From the NCBI GenBank assembly GCA_964270895.1, contig OZ185436.1: a stretch of 64,000 nt of DNA; one strand, 5' to 3'. Position 1 is the stretch's first letter. Each line of letters begins with the position of its first letter. Shown here one piece after another: positions 1-12,199 of this stretch. This stretch comes from Podarcis filfolensis. Taxonomy: Eukaryota. A program made the position numbers and the translations under genes. The notes under the pieces were generated by a model. The model did not search any database. It was given only the letters and a program-made list of their open reading frames with translations, and had not been told where the DNA came from.

Positions 1-716
1 CTTGTCCTGCCTGTTCCTCTGTGGCTTGCCTGGGCTGCTGCCTAGGCGAGCTGTGCGGGGGGAACTGAGGTGCATGGCTTGGGCGAGCAAAATGAGCAGG
101 GGTTGCGGCTCCTAGTAAGTTAATATATGTAGATTTCTTCAGCAATAAGGTTGATTGTAAAAACATTGGTAGGTTAGTGCTGTTAGCAGCGGTTCTCATG
201 TTATTACACTATGTTATTTGAGTCTGAAAGTGCCAACACAATTTCTTTCTTGCCAATGGGTGAATTGGACGTTTGTATTGGATACTAGTCTTGTAAGGGG
301 TGCTTTATAACGTTGTTCTGGCTAGGCAGTTAGTTATTTTTTAACAATGTTGGGTTTTCAGTGTTTTTCTTTAAAAGTGATGTATTGATCAGAACACTTT
401 GGTCCAATACAGATGAAATTCTGTATCCGGCCAAAACAGTATTTGTTGATTATGTCAGTAGAGACTAGATGGTCAGAGAACTGTGCTTGAATCTGGAAGA
501 CCAAGTCTCACATTTCCAAGCGACCATGCGGTGAGGAGCAGTACAGTACATAACGTGACAATTTTGGTTACGAACTCTTATAATAGGTCACCTTAGGTAT
601 CTTATTTAACAAATGAAGCAATAGCACGTGTATGTGTATGCATTTTTTAAAGGGGGAAATGTAAGAAGAATGCTGGATTGTTCAGATACTACGTATTTCT
701 TTCTTTAAAATTGTAG

Positions 717-782
717 GTTGCACAGCAAAGCAAGGAGCTTGAAACATTTTCACACCCCAAAGCTTTGTCAAAGGCAAGCCAA
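717..782 (+). CDS. DCP1A: DCP1A internal coding exon (VAQQSKELETFSHPKALSKASQ), phase 0/0
   Basis: Acceptor tttctttaaaattgtag|GTT and donor CAA|gtatgt; 66 nt in frame with the next exon. The peptide resembles the short pre-terminal exon of mammalian DCP1A (QQ...F..PK.LS), recalled from memory. Confidence 0.75.
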
Positions 783-1586
783 GTATGTATTTAAATCCTT
801 GCATCACCAGAGTGTCTTTCCCTGTCTGGATTTGTGCAAAGGCCAATTCTCAACAAAACCTGGTTCCATCCAGGCTGACAGGCCAATGTGTCTTGAATCC
901 TGATCCCTATCCATTAATTAGGATGACTTAGTTCTCCTTTACTAGTATACTCCTTCTGGAGACCTCCAGGTCTTGTAAAAATTGAAATATGCCTAGCCAA
1001 CAATCCTTTCCCTTGTAGCTCATAAAACAATAATGCAATTGCCTGCTCTCTATAAAAGTGCCCAATTTTTCCAGAGCTCATCTTAGTCATCTCTCATTTC
1101 TTTATAAGATCGAGTTTATATGCTGGTACAAAGAGTCCAAGAAGGCATCAACAATTGTACTGCTATCCATATTAATGTAAATTGCTACAGAGTTCTCTTT
1201 GAGCTACCACATCAGTATGCCAGAATAAAAATTTGGGTTTATTAATTATTTCCTGACCGGCGTTGTGATCCAGGTTGGTCACAGTGGTTACTCTTAGCAT
1301 CCATAGCTTTTGTGAGGCCCTTTCAACTTAAGCCACTTCATTTCTGCATGCAAGTCCCTGCAGCTTGTGTAATGTTGGAAGTGCCCAGGTCACATAAGAG
1401 CCAGTGAAGCAGCCGCTTCTTTTGCCAGTGTGCCAAGGAGCTACATCACTGGTTCCTGCTATTTTAACTGGGGCTTCAAACAGTACCAAAAAGGTAATGT
1501 CAGAAGAGGCTTTAATATCTCTAGATAGTTCTTTAAAAATGAGGGGGGAAATCATCCCCATCTCATTTGATTTCTTGTTTTTGCAG

Positions 1587-1805
1587 GTTGCTTCCCCACA
1601 GTTCGCTGCAGCTACAACCACAATGGCACCTTCAGTCCTCTTGTCACCTAGTGTGTTCCAACAGTCAGCTATGAAGTCCTCCGACATCGAAAACAAAGTT
1701 GGTTCCTCTTCTCCTCTCACTCTTGGAGCAGTAGATGTTCCAACATTACCTCCGGCAGTTCTTACTAGATCTCAGCTTCAAGAAACCTTAATATATCTAA
1801 TAAAG
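1587..1805 (+). CDS. DCP1A: DCP1A penultimate coding exon (VASPQFAAATTT...LTRSQLQETLIYLIK), start of C-terminal trimerisation domain
   Basis: Acceptor ttcttgtttttgcag|GTT and donor AAG|gtacag. SVLLSPSVFQQ and SQLQETLIYLIK match the human DCP1A motifs SVLLAPSVFQQ and SQLQDTLIHLIK. Confidence 0.93.
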
Positions 1806-2099
1806 GTACAGTCAGTGACTCATTTGGACTCTTGATTCAGAATAAAGTGCTGATTATCAGTGGGTACCATAAAGAAGGTTAGGAGGAATAACACCGATAG
1901 GTGTGTTAGATCATTTAGCAATAAAAGCAGCAACTAGAGAACTGTTACCAATATTTTAAGTGGTAATGATACTGATAACCTTAAAAACATGAGAATTGTT
2001 AATTCAGTTAAATAACACAATTTATTATTAAGTATGCTAACTTAAATGTCATCTACCAAGGACAACTCTCCAAGTACACTCATTTTGAGTCCTCCCCGT

Positions 2100-2279
2100 T
2101 TAGGGTCCATTTCGTTGAACATCCATGGCAAACCCAGAAGTACCGGGTTACTTCTGGGTTTGCTGCTCGTGCATGCGCAGAAGCACTAAATCACACTTCT
2201 GCGCATGTGCAGAGCTGCGCTTGTCGAGGGTCTCTTTTGTTGAACGGATCCCGGACACAAAAGGAGGTACGACTGTAAC
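2100..2279. mobile_element. Tc1/mariner-type MITE fragment with internal hairpins
   Basis: Right end ...ggaggtacgactg|ta (TIR-like plus TA). Two internal perfect stems at 2128-2163 and 2172-2207. The left TIR is degraded. Confidence 0.55.
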
Positions 2280-4877
2280 TCACTATCTAAGGATTTTGAG
2301 GCAAGAGGTATGCGCTTCAGGACTGATTCAGAAATATTTGGAGTTCATGTTTCTAAGCCAAATGATAACTGCTGAAGGGGAAAAGTGGATAATCAGGACC
2401 TCCCAAGTTGCAAATTTTGTTTTAAAAGTCTGCTGTGGCCATGGCACCTGAAATGTGTTGGGCACGTAGAGGGTTCTGATTTTTGAACTGTCCAAATTGT
2501 TCACAATCAGAGGAAGAAATGTGTGCTGTCTGCATTTTAAAGAACTGCTCAACCTTCCCTTTGTTCACTTCTTTTGAGTGAATCTAATCTGTAAGTTCAG
2601 AAGGATGGGAAAAATAAAGATGGAAGATGTTTGACTTTATACATGAAAACCTTTAGCAAAATAGGTTACAAAGGTGTAGTTGGAGATCACAAATCAACCT
2701 GCTTTACCACAGGAGTTTGTTCATTAGAAGTTCCAAGTGGCTTGGCCATTCTCAGTTTATTCTGTTATGAAATATTTGAGAATTCATTGACGCTCGTATT
2801 TAGTCAGCAAAAGCACACTGGCTGGCTTGAAAAATTGTTTTTTTAGTTATGTATTGGCTTCAGCTGCAAGGCTGCTTTGTAAGTGTGCCAATAAATCCAG
2901 TGAATCACAAAGAGAGATCTTGCACCTAGGACAGGCTTACATTAAGAGGATTGTTTTGCCCTTTTTGTCATCGCCAGGGTCACAAACCTTTGTGCTACAT
3001 CAGGGCTCTCTAGTTCTTTCTATACTGATATCAGTAAGTCTTGCATACAGAGTACAGATCTAAAAATAACAGGACACAGAAATTAGTGTTTTGGTAATAG
3101 AATTGTTAGGAATAAAATGGGCCTGTACTCGGGTCACATAATCAGCTTTGTGGCCTCTGTTTTGTTTCTTTGTAGTTTTTTTTCTGCACAACCTGCTGTT
3201 TCTTTTCCCCTGTCAGAACCGCAAGTGAAACAAAGAGACTTGCTGACTGTGAATGGAGGGGAGAAGAGCCCCTTTGAACAGAGGTCAACTGTCAGCAATT
3301 TTACTTTGTAATTAAAATCATGCCGCACTTTCAGTGATCTTGAGAATGTGCTTTGTGTTGTCTTAAACCTTCACAAATGCTGTTTCTGACCTTTAGTCAG
3401 CTCTCTGCTTTGTGTATGTCCGAACTGGTTAACAGTCGATAATATTATTATTAAACTCCGCTTCCCTTCAGTGGAGGAGTTTTAAAAAATAGTGCTACAA
3501 TGTTCCATGAGCTATATGTAGATCCAAAATGCATAGCTCATCTGATTGTTACATTTATTATAACTAGAGTTCTTTAAGTGATGAATGAATAAAACAATTT
3601 AAAACACCAGTCCAAATAAAACACCAGTCAAATGACAGCACAGAATCCCTGTAAAACAAAACAGCTGGAGCAGAGGCTAAAAGTCAAGTAATAAAACGGT
3701 AATGGAGAGCCACTACACATCCTCACTAAAACCATGTTCCAAGTTTCCATTAAATGTAGATATAAATGAATTAATATAGCTGATTCTTAAGAGAATAAGA
3801 GAGGATTTTTTTTACTATGGAAAGATATTAAAATAGGTGAGAGGCGAGCCTTTTCTGGGAGGTGATTCCTGTGTTGGGGCATTACAAAAGGCCCTCACCC
3901 TTCTAAATGGCACTTTAGGTTCACATTCCCATTAGAATAAGGCCATAAAATACCGAATGGTCACATCTTTTATGTTTGGCTAATTTTCATGAATATATTG
4001 GCTTAGAATTGCCCACCTAGGACACAAAGGTATCTTTTTTCAATGAAGAACCAGAAATACGAATAACTGGCAGGATGTTTGTTGTTGATGATGTTTAATT
4101 TGAGATGCAAATTCACATGATGGGAACACTGAAAGTCCCAGGCCATGCGTATAGGTAGATTTGTAGAGGCCTGGGCAATTATGATGATGATGCCAGCTCA
4201 GCTGGTCCATGGAGGTCAGATAGTGAAAATGCCCTGCCTAACTCAACCCAGGCTATACCTAAAATGCAGGAAGAGACTAAATGGAAATGTATAGTGATCC
4301 AAACCTCAAGGCAGGTAAAATCCTACATATGCAGATGCTGACTTTTTATTTCATTCCTGTCTGGTTCTTAGTTATCATCCAAAACAAATGAGCCTTCTTG
4401 TCTTTAAGAGTGTGCTTGCTGTACTAATTCAGATTCTTCTTGTACTGTTGCATTCACTTATGCAGGTTTCCCTCATTAGCTTTCACTTTGAGACTTAACA
4501 TGGATTTGTTAGTTCATAATACTCCCCTGTCACTAGTTTTCGTCACTTCTCTTTGTTTCTCTGTACTTCCGCATTCACTTTACCTTTTCTTATCTTAGTT
4601 GCTTTGCAAGCACCCTTCTAAAAGGTTTCAAGTAGTGTACCCTTGTAAATAAGATTGATCCGGCTTTAATGTAGAAAGAATTCATTTTAAAATCCATACT
4701 GCTTCCTCAGGTTGAAAACAATCTAAACAGCCCAAATTAATTTTGATAGCGTTACCAAGTTACACTGGAATAGCCTTGAGCACTGAATTGGGCAGTTACA
4801 TTTATCCCATAAGGTCAGGACAGAGATACCACTGTATATGCTCAGTGATATTTCTGAGCTATATATCATTGATAGTA

Positions 4878-5119
4878 CAGTGGTACCTTGGGTTAAGTAC
4901 TTAATTCGTTCCGGAGGTCCGTTCTTAACCTGAAACTGTTCTTAACCTGAAACACCACTTTAGCTAATGGGGCCTCCTGCTGCCGCCGCACCACCGGAGC
5001 ATGATTTCTGTTCTCATCCTGAAGCAAAGTTCTTAACCCAAGGTACTATTTCTGGGTTAGCGGAGTCTGTAACCTGAAGCGTATGTAACCTGAAGCATAT
5101 GTAACCCTAGGTACCACTG
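4878..5119. mobile_element. Tigger/mariner non-autonomous MITE (lacertid type)
   Basis: TIRs cagtggtacct...aggtaccactg, TA duplication on both sides, internal repeats of (g)taacctgaa. Confidence 0.9.
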
Positions 5120-5274
5120 TATAGCTTTATTAAACTTCCTCCTTCATGCCTCCTACCCAACTCCTAAACTTACAGGTTTTGTTAATAGGTGTAGAATAAT
5201 GAATTGGGTAGGAAAAAGTAATGAATTATTTCTGTCGTTGGTTTAATTATGGTTCCCCCCTCTCTTTCCTTCAG

Positions 5275-5355
5275 AACGATGCGAATTTTCTTAGTACGCT
5301 TCATGAAGTTTATTTACAAGTCTTGACCAAGAATACGGACAGCATCAAACTATAA
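5275..5355 (+). CDS. DCP1A: DCP1A last coding exon (NDANFLSTLHEVYLQVLTKNTDSIKL*)
   Basis: Acceptor ctctttccttcag|AAC. The peptide is nearly identical to the human C-terminus NDSSFLSTLHEVYLQVLTKNKDNHNL*. Stop TAA at 5353-5355. Confidence 0.95.
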   Translation, partial: NDANFLSTLHEVYLQVLTKNTDSIKL

Positions 5356-7466
5356 CTGAAGTAAATACAGTTCAACTTACCACCTAATTGTTTCAGAAAC
5401 AATTATGCCTCTTCTGTGAAACTGTTAATATTTTTAAAGGTTGTTTTTAGTTGAAGTTTTAAGTTTTGTTAAAGTAAGGAGACCTTGTCCCTTAAAATTG
5501 CATAACTAATGTTCTCAGAAGTGATCTAGGTTTCACTGTGACCAATCACCAGCAGGCTTTTATTTCTGTATGCGGAAAATGGTCTTCATGTTTAACAGCA
5601 CATTATTTTTGAGTGGGTTTAGAGTAATATGAAAAACTGTTTTGATTTTTCTTCATCTGGTACATACATCTAAATAATTAGGGTGAATGTGGCCTAAGCC
5701 ATCTTTGGCAGCTGAGTAAAGATAACAAGTTGTGAAGCTAACTTCTGATTTAAAGAGCTGTGGACGGAATGCAGAAGATTATTTTAGAGTTTGCAAGGAA
5801 ACAGTGGAAAGCATTGTAAAAATGCTGGGGTTTTTTTAGCCTTAGAGCTGGATGGACTCAGCATGGTATTGACCATCAAACTGACTCCCTTAATATGCAG
5901 TGCTGGCTTATGCATCCCTATGTTTTACTAAGGCAAAATGAAGGTGGATTATGAAATACCCCTTTAACAATACTTGCAGTGTTCTTATATTTTGTTAATG
6001 ATACTATTTTCAAGCAAATAATTTTTAAACAGAAATGGATGGAACATCATTGTGGTCACCTTAATGTCCTTTCCAGGCTTACTGCAAATTTTGGAGCTTT
6101 GCCTGTAGCATAGATGGGAAGGAACCCAGAGAAGTGTGTATAATTTCGTTTTTGGTGTTTAAAAATGGGGACATAAACAACAAGTGCAGTCTGCTCTTCT
6201 CCCCATATTTTCCCTCCATTTGCAGGTTTTTGTGAGTTCTCATAGAAGGTTAAGATTTCATTACCACTGTAAAGATCAAACTTCTTCCCAAAGGAAGTTG
6301 CTCTGATCTCCTTGTAGTTTTATATGCTGCTATCGGTCTCTCCTTGACTTGTATTTATTTCATTATGGCATGTGATAGTAGCTAGCAATACTCTAGTGTA
6401 ACATAAATCTCAATATGTTCAAGCAATACTAATATTAAAAGGATGGGGTGGTTTTTGTTTTTTAGTAGAAGGTCTTTGTTTTATATTGTGAAAGGTAATT
6501 TTGTAATCCTTTTAACCGATCAACACACTTCTTATTTGTCAAAGCATTGCTGGAATGGAGGATCCATGTGTTACAATCAGTTTCCTGTGCAAGCCATTGA
6601 AATGAGTAGGGCTTGATAAAAAGCACAGCCAGGATCTTATAAAACCCCCTTCTTTTGGTAGAGTTTGCAATGGAAAAGGTCCTGAATTAGAATGTACCTG
6701 TTGCTCTTAAAATTTAAATGTAACGATGATCCCTTCAAGGTGCAGATACTATCTGTAATTCATCTACCAAGCTTTAATTATGATTCCACCACAAATCAGT
6801 GTTTTGATATATAGCGTGTTGGATTTTAAAAAAATCAAAATATGAACTTCATTTTGAGTGATTTTAAGTAGGTGTTTTTATGTTTAGCAAAATCTGCCTT
6901 TTGAGAGAACCTCTTCGGCCTTTGAACTCAGTGTTTCTAGTTGCAAACATAGTATTTTATATCAGATATATGTGCAGAATTCAGGGAAATATGTTAGTAG
7001 TGATATGCATATTCGACTAATGTTTTGGCTTTAATGGTAAAACTCAAATGCTTCTTTTCAGGCTTTCTAGACCTTTTTTTTTTCTTAAAGGAAACATGAG
7101 AGCTCTATTTAAATGCTGGACCTTTGATAGCACACCCATGTATGTGCACCAAGAAAAACATGCTTGCTTATTTAAACAGAAATATTCTGTATGAAGCTTT
7201 TTCCGGGGGGCGGGGCAGAAATCAAGCCACTGCAGTACTTTTCAGTTTATTTTAAGTGGCTGTATTAACCAAACCCCCTGAACCAAATTTATATAATGCT
7301 GTGTTTGTAGATAATAAAGACTCAAGAACAGTCCTTAATTATTGTGTATGGAAAGAAGAAAACCTTCTTAGCCATAAGCATAATATTGGAGGAATAATGA
7401 TATTGAGCTGAACTTGGTCACAGTGGTCAAAGTAAGCATTGTATCCAAATATCTGTGGAAATGAAA

Positions 7467-7587
7467 CGGAAGTAGCCAGTGTGGTTCTCTCCAGATGTTG
7501 AACTGCAACTCCCTGACCACTGACCATACTGGGTAGGGCTGAGGGGAATAGTAATCCAACATCTGGGGGACACGTTGGCTACCCCTG
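7467..7587. mobile_element. ~120-bp palindromic hAT-like MITE inside the DCP1A 3'UTR
   Basis: Imperfect inverted ends (gtagccagtgtg / cacgttggctac) and core ccagatgttg...caactccc...ccaacatctgg shared with many copies in the window. Confidence 0.7.
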
Positions 7588-9945
7588 CTATAAAGGGTTC
7601 CCTTATATTGAATGTACCATTACGGTTTTGTGACTTCAAGGGGTTAGTGAGAGAGAGTTTTGCTTCAGACAGCATCACTGTTTCAAAGAATATTTGTCAC
7701 CAGTATACTTTGTCCTCCTGTTTACTATTTTGCATTATAATTCCCTAGAAACCTCATCTGGTAGCTTAGCAGGTCAGAGTTTTCAACTGATAGAAGTATG
7801 TGCAGCATCAATAAATAGTTCTCTGCTTCCAAAGAGAATTCCCTTAGCTAGAAGAAAGTTGAATTTATTTATTTTTTGTCAGCAGATTTGCATTAACCTA
7901 GGATCTTACAAAACGTCGTTAACAACATTTGTGTATGTAGCAGGCTCAAGCTGGGAGGTCACAGGCAAGCTAGGCAATACAAAGCAGCATTCTGCTTTTA
8001 CTGCTTATTGTAGCATGAGAAGTTAACAAACGAAACAAAACCAAACATTTTAAGAATTGCTTTGAAAAACAAAACTCAGCTGCAAGGTGAAAATCACAGA
8101 TGCTTACAAAATGCAGAAATCACTGGACAGCTTTAGCCTGATTACATATGGTCATATCCAACAGTAATCATACTCAGAGTAAACCTATTGAAATTAATGG
8201 AATTAACTTCCTTAAGTTGAATGATTACAATAGGTCTGTTCTCAGTGCGATTTGGTCTTTTAATCTCTTGTAGAAGTTTAGAATTATAATGAAACATTTT
8301 ATTCTTGCTTGCATGCAACAGTAACAAGTACATAGCTAACCGACTTGGGCCATTCTTTTCAAGCTTATATTTTAGCAAGGTTTTATTTCCCACAAGCAAA
8401 CGTATGATTTTAGACCGTCCTAAAATCAATATTCAGTATCTTAAGCATGTATTTTTTCGTTGCCTATATGCAGCATTTTATTAAAAATTGCTTAATATTT
8501 GTCCATCCAAAAGTGGCTTTAAAACAAGCAGCTTACTCAATAAGAACTCATTGCTCTTTTGTTCTGTTGCATTAACAATGTTTTGTTAAAAATGTGCCTA
8601 GCAACTCTGTATTTGTGACACACCCAGCAAAATGTAAACAGTCTGCTAAGAGCTAAGGCACAATATGACAGCATGACAAGTAAAAGCATGTCTTATTCTG
8701 ACATGGGGTTGGATTCAACGTTTCTTCCATGAATAGAAAAGCTCATTCTGTGGAAGAGACAAATGTTGCTGAAGGAAAGGGGGAAGGTGATCTTGCAGAT
8801 CCCCACTTCCTCCTTGCCTTCCCCATGCCACTTCAGTTTTCTGGAAGGTTCCTTAGCCCTCCAGAGTAGTTTTGGTAGAAAGGAAGAGTTGGTGGAAACA
8901 GCTTCCACATTTCCATCTTCTGAGAGTGACATTTCACTCCCTGGAACTTTGTATCTAAGCCAGAGAGTATAATCATGTTTCAGGCATACTAAATGGTATC
9001 TCCCCCCCCCCCCCCCGTAGTTCTCTTTTGCTTGAATTTAGGGCATTCCACCAATGCCATGTTTAGGCATGGGTATAATTAGTGTGGAACTTTCCAGGAA
9101 ATATATTTAATGTGGAGTGGTCTGACACAAAAACCCAGCCACCTCTTGTTGGCTTACATGAGTTGCTTCTTAAGCATATCTTTAAAAAGAGGAATGTGTG
9201 CAATATATATTTCACCTCAGTTTTGGACATCTTTTGTGAACATGTTAAAGGTGCAATATCTTCACTTTAAGTGGGAAACATTTGCAATAATATTCCCCCT
9301 GTGGTTTGTTTTTGTACCAATTTAACATTGTGGGCACATGGTGGTTCTCTGTTAAAAATGCACACTACACTCAGTGTTTGGGTTTAGCGCTTTAATTTGC
9401 ACTCGCATGCATATCAAGAGTTTGAGGTGCTTCCGATCTTTTGGATTTTAAGTGATTACTTTAGGAAAACAATGGGCATGGTCCTGTTCCACAGGCACAG
9501 CATTCATACCTGAATGATTCCCAGAGGATCAATAGAGCCCTGTTTCCCCATTTTTTGTGGGCACATAGGAAGTACAAGAGACCGATAGGAAGAGGAATGG
9601 AACTTTTGTACGCGCGTCTCATTCATATTCGTAGTCCTTGACTGCTTGGTTGAAGTTATTCATCCTTCTACGCACATATATAGGTGGGGGTATTGGGAGC
9701 TGATATATATTGAACTTGTTGGAATCCTCTACATACTGGCACTGCACCTGTGGTGGCCTGGATTGTGCCCACTAGCATTTGAGCAACTTTTAAAACTGTC
9801 ACCATAATGCTTCATTAACATTTCAGTATATGGGTATGTAATTTGTGCCATCTTATTATATTGGCAAATATTAAGTTATTGCATAAATGTTTAAGAATAA
9901 GCATTTTTCATTGAAAATTTTGTATGTTTGCAGATATATTTTTGT

Positions 9946-9951
9946 AATAAA
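9946..9951 (+). terminator. Distal polyadenylation signal of DCP1A
   Basis: tttttgtAATAAAacttcaaagacaaatgttctggtctgtcctg: U-rich upstream and GU-rich downstream elements. Confidence 0.6.
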
Positions 9952-10126
9952 ACTTCAAAGACAAATGTTCTGGTCTGTCCTGATATCTTCTTGGTGGCAG
10001 TTCACCTTTTGAAAAGGGAGTCCAGCTTAGGAGAGCTGTTGAAAGCTTTTATGAAGGTTTGATAATTGGGTACCGTCTTCAAAAACCAGATGTATCTGTA
10101 CTTTAACACAAAAATGTGACTCTTGG

Positions 10127-10238
10127 GATTGTAGCCAACTAACATTGAGTAGACCCATTGAAATTAATGGATCTGAGTTAGTCGTGCCCATTAACTTCAA
10201 TGGAGGTACTGTATGTGGACTAACATTGAATGCAACCC
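10127..10238. repeat. Ancient squamate palindromic interspersed repeat (agta.accattgaa...ttcaatgg motif)
   Basis: Related degenerate copies at about 8145-8240, 14385-14462, 20435-20530, 21715-21745, 26878-26938 and 58036-58085. Confidence 0.55.
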
Positions 10239-10559
10239 TAGATTCTTGCATCTGTGTTCCTTTTCGTTTGCTTTAACACTTTAATATAAATCTTTAACAT
10301 ATGCTATACAAACATCTGATGCCACACTTACCCAGGGAATATACAATTATGAAATTGGGGGAAGAAGCTAAGGAGAAGACATAATTGAAGATGGTGTAAG
10401 ACATTCATCTGACAGGCTCAGCATCTTTAAAAAGCCAGGATGTCTTCTGAAATTAACTGTTTCATTCAAGTTGATGAAGATGTAACCTGAATACAAGCAT
10501 CCCCTTACTTACGTGCGTTATACTTGTACATGACCGCACATATGCACAGTGCTGAGAAA

Positions 10560-10902
10560 TAGCAGATTGGCCTGAATATAAAGCCACACCTTTAAAATTG
10601 GAGGGGGGGGGAAGGAAAAATACCCGAACATAAGCCGCTCCATTCCTCGCTGCTCCTGGCTGGGGGGGTGGGAGCCATGTTGTGTTGCCGGTGGCCCTTC
10701 CTCTTCCTCACTCACTCCCTTCCTGACCTGGGGGAGAGGACGGGGGACTACGCACAGGGCAGGCGCTGTTTTGCCATGCTCCTGGTGCTGTTTGCCCCAC
10801 GCTCCTGGCTGCATACCATAAGGTCACGAATATAAGCCACCCTTTAACTTTTCATGGTCGGAATTTGGGGGAAAAGAGGGTTATATTTGGGGCAATATGG
10901 TA
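10560..10902. mobile_element. pogo/Tigger-like MITE
   Basis: Repeated subterminal motif gaatataagcc; right end ggttatatttggggcaatatggta is an imperfect inverse of the left end. Confidence 0.6.
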
Positions 10903-11374
10903 AGTAAATAGAACCATACCTTCCCTGGAGCCTAAAGAGGATGTCAGTGACGGCAGAGGAAGTCCCAAAGAGACCAGAGGCTCAGTGGGGCTTTGTTTAA
11001 GCCGCTTAGCCTCCCCACTGAACAGCTGATGCACGGGGTAGCACAGCAGCAGTAACTGCCGCTTTTCCACGCGGCCTCCAGCCAACCCCAGAGCTTCAAC
11101 TCCAAACTCTTATTTTGGTCTGGAGTGGAGAGAGAGCAGGACATAGAGCTGAAGAGCAGGGGGAAATAGGCATATAGAGGGTGTTCCCCACTTTATGCGA
11201 TTCCACTTATGTGCATGGGGCCCTGGATCAACCCTTACGTAATGCTCCTGGACTCAGCCCTGAGCATGGATGCCCATGTCTCTACGGTGGCTAGGAGTGC
11301 ATTTGCACAGTTAAGGCTAGTGCACCAGCTGCATTCGTTCCTTGAGATGTATTTGGCCAGCGTGACACACGCAG

Positions 11375-11715
11375 CTTAGTTACATCCCATTTGGATCACT
11401 CTAACACACTCTACATGGAGCTGCCTTTGAAAAGTGCTCAGAAACTTCAACTGGTCCAAAGAGCTGCAGCCAGATTGTTGACCGGGTCTGGTTATAGGGA
11501 GTATTAACAGCTCCACTGGTCTGTAAGTCAAAGTGCTAGTTATAATGCTCTGTGGGTCCAAGCTATCTGAAAGACCATATTCCTTCTTATGAACCTGCCC
11601 ATGTTCTGAGATCTTCAGAGGAGGCCCTTTTCTCAGTCCTGCCACCCTCACAGGCACGCTTGGTAGGGACACAAGAGAGGGCCTTCTCAGCGACTTCTCC
11701 CAACTCTGGAACCCC
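11375..11715 (+). mobile_element. L2-clade LINE fragment (degenerate RT C-terminal region)
   Basis: Reads as ...LYMELPLKSAQKLQLVQRAAARLLTG...YLKDHI...VLRSS..., typical of squamate L2 ORF2 ends, with frameshifts. Confidence 0.75.
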
Positions 11716-11858
11716 CAAGCAGGATTCCAGGGGTTTCCAGGCACTCACCCAGTGTTTCCATTGGGAAAACTGAGGCACAGTGGAGGCTAATCTATTTAAG
11801 AAATATGGTTCATTTTACAGCTAAAGTCTTCAGTGGAGGGGGTGCAGAACATTATTCC

Positions 11859-11970
11859 CAGCGCTTTTTTCACTCGGAACTCTTCTCAGGTGGGCCTTAT
11901 TGCCATTCTAAGAGAACTTGGGAGGCGTTCCTGGTGACTTCCAGGCCTCTTTTTCAAGAAAAATAGCACA
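11859..11970. mobile_element. hAT-like MITE upstream of TKT
   Basis: Ends cagcgctttttt...aaaaatagcac. Same family as 63006-63140 in the opposite orientation (shared attctaagagaac / gttctcttagaat). Confidence 0.55.
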
Positions 11971-12068
11971 GAGTGTCTCTCAATTTTTGAGCGCCCCCCC
12001 CCCAAATCTACTAGTTTGCTCCGCTTTAAAGCCAAGCAACACCGCAAGCACAGAATGCCATCACAAGG

Positions 12069-12196
12069 CGGGGCTGGGGGAAACCTGCGGGGCCGCCAGG
12101 TGTTCTTGGACTCCAATTCCCAGCATCCCTCACCATTGGCTGTGCTGGCTGAGGGTGATGGGAGCCGGAGTCCAACAGCACCTGGAGGGCCAGTTA
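12069..12196. mobile_element. Palindromic hAT-like MITE at the 5' edge of the TKT CpG island
   Basis: Core ggactccaattcccagcatccc...gatgggagccggagtcc, as in the other copies. Confidence 0.65.
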
Positions 12197-12199
12197 GAA

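Larger units (their letters stand above)
5356..9975 (+). other. DCP1A: DCP1A long 3'UTR (putative)
   Basis: AT-rich sequence after the stop, with AATAAA at 7313-7318, 7810-7815 and 9946-9951. The last is preceded by U-rich sequence and followed by GU-rich sequence. The 3' end is inferred. Confidence 0.6.

Noticed and set aside
771-779. AAG|gcaagc as a GC-AG donor for the DCP1A exon
   Set aside because: A canonical GT donor 9 nt downstream gives a better match to the orthologous peptide length.
4181-4260. atgatgatgatg as a possible C/D snoRNA box C
   Set aside because: No terminal CTGA box D with flanking stem at a suitable distance. No convincing snoRNA was seen in any intron, though an Rfam/Infernal scan would be needed to exclude them.
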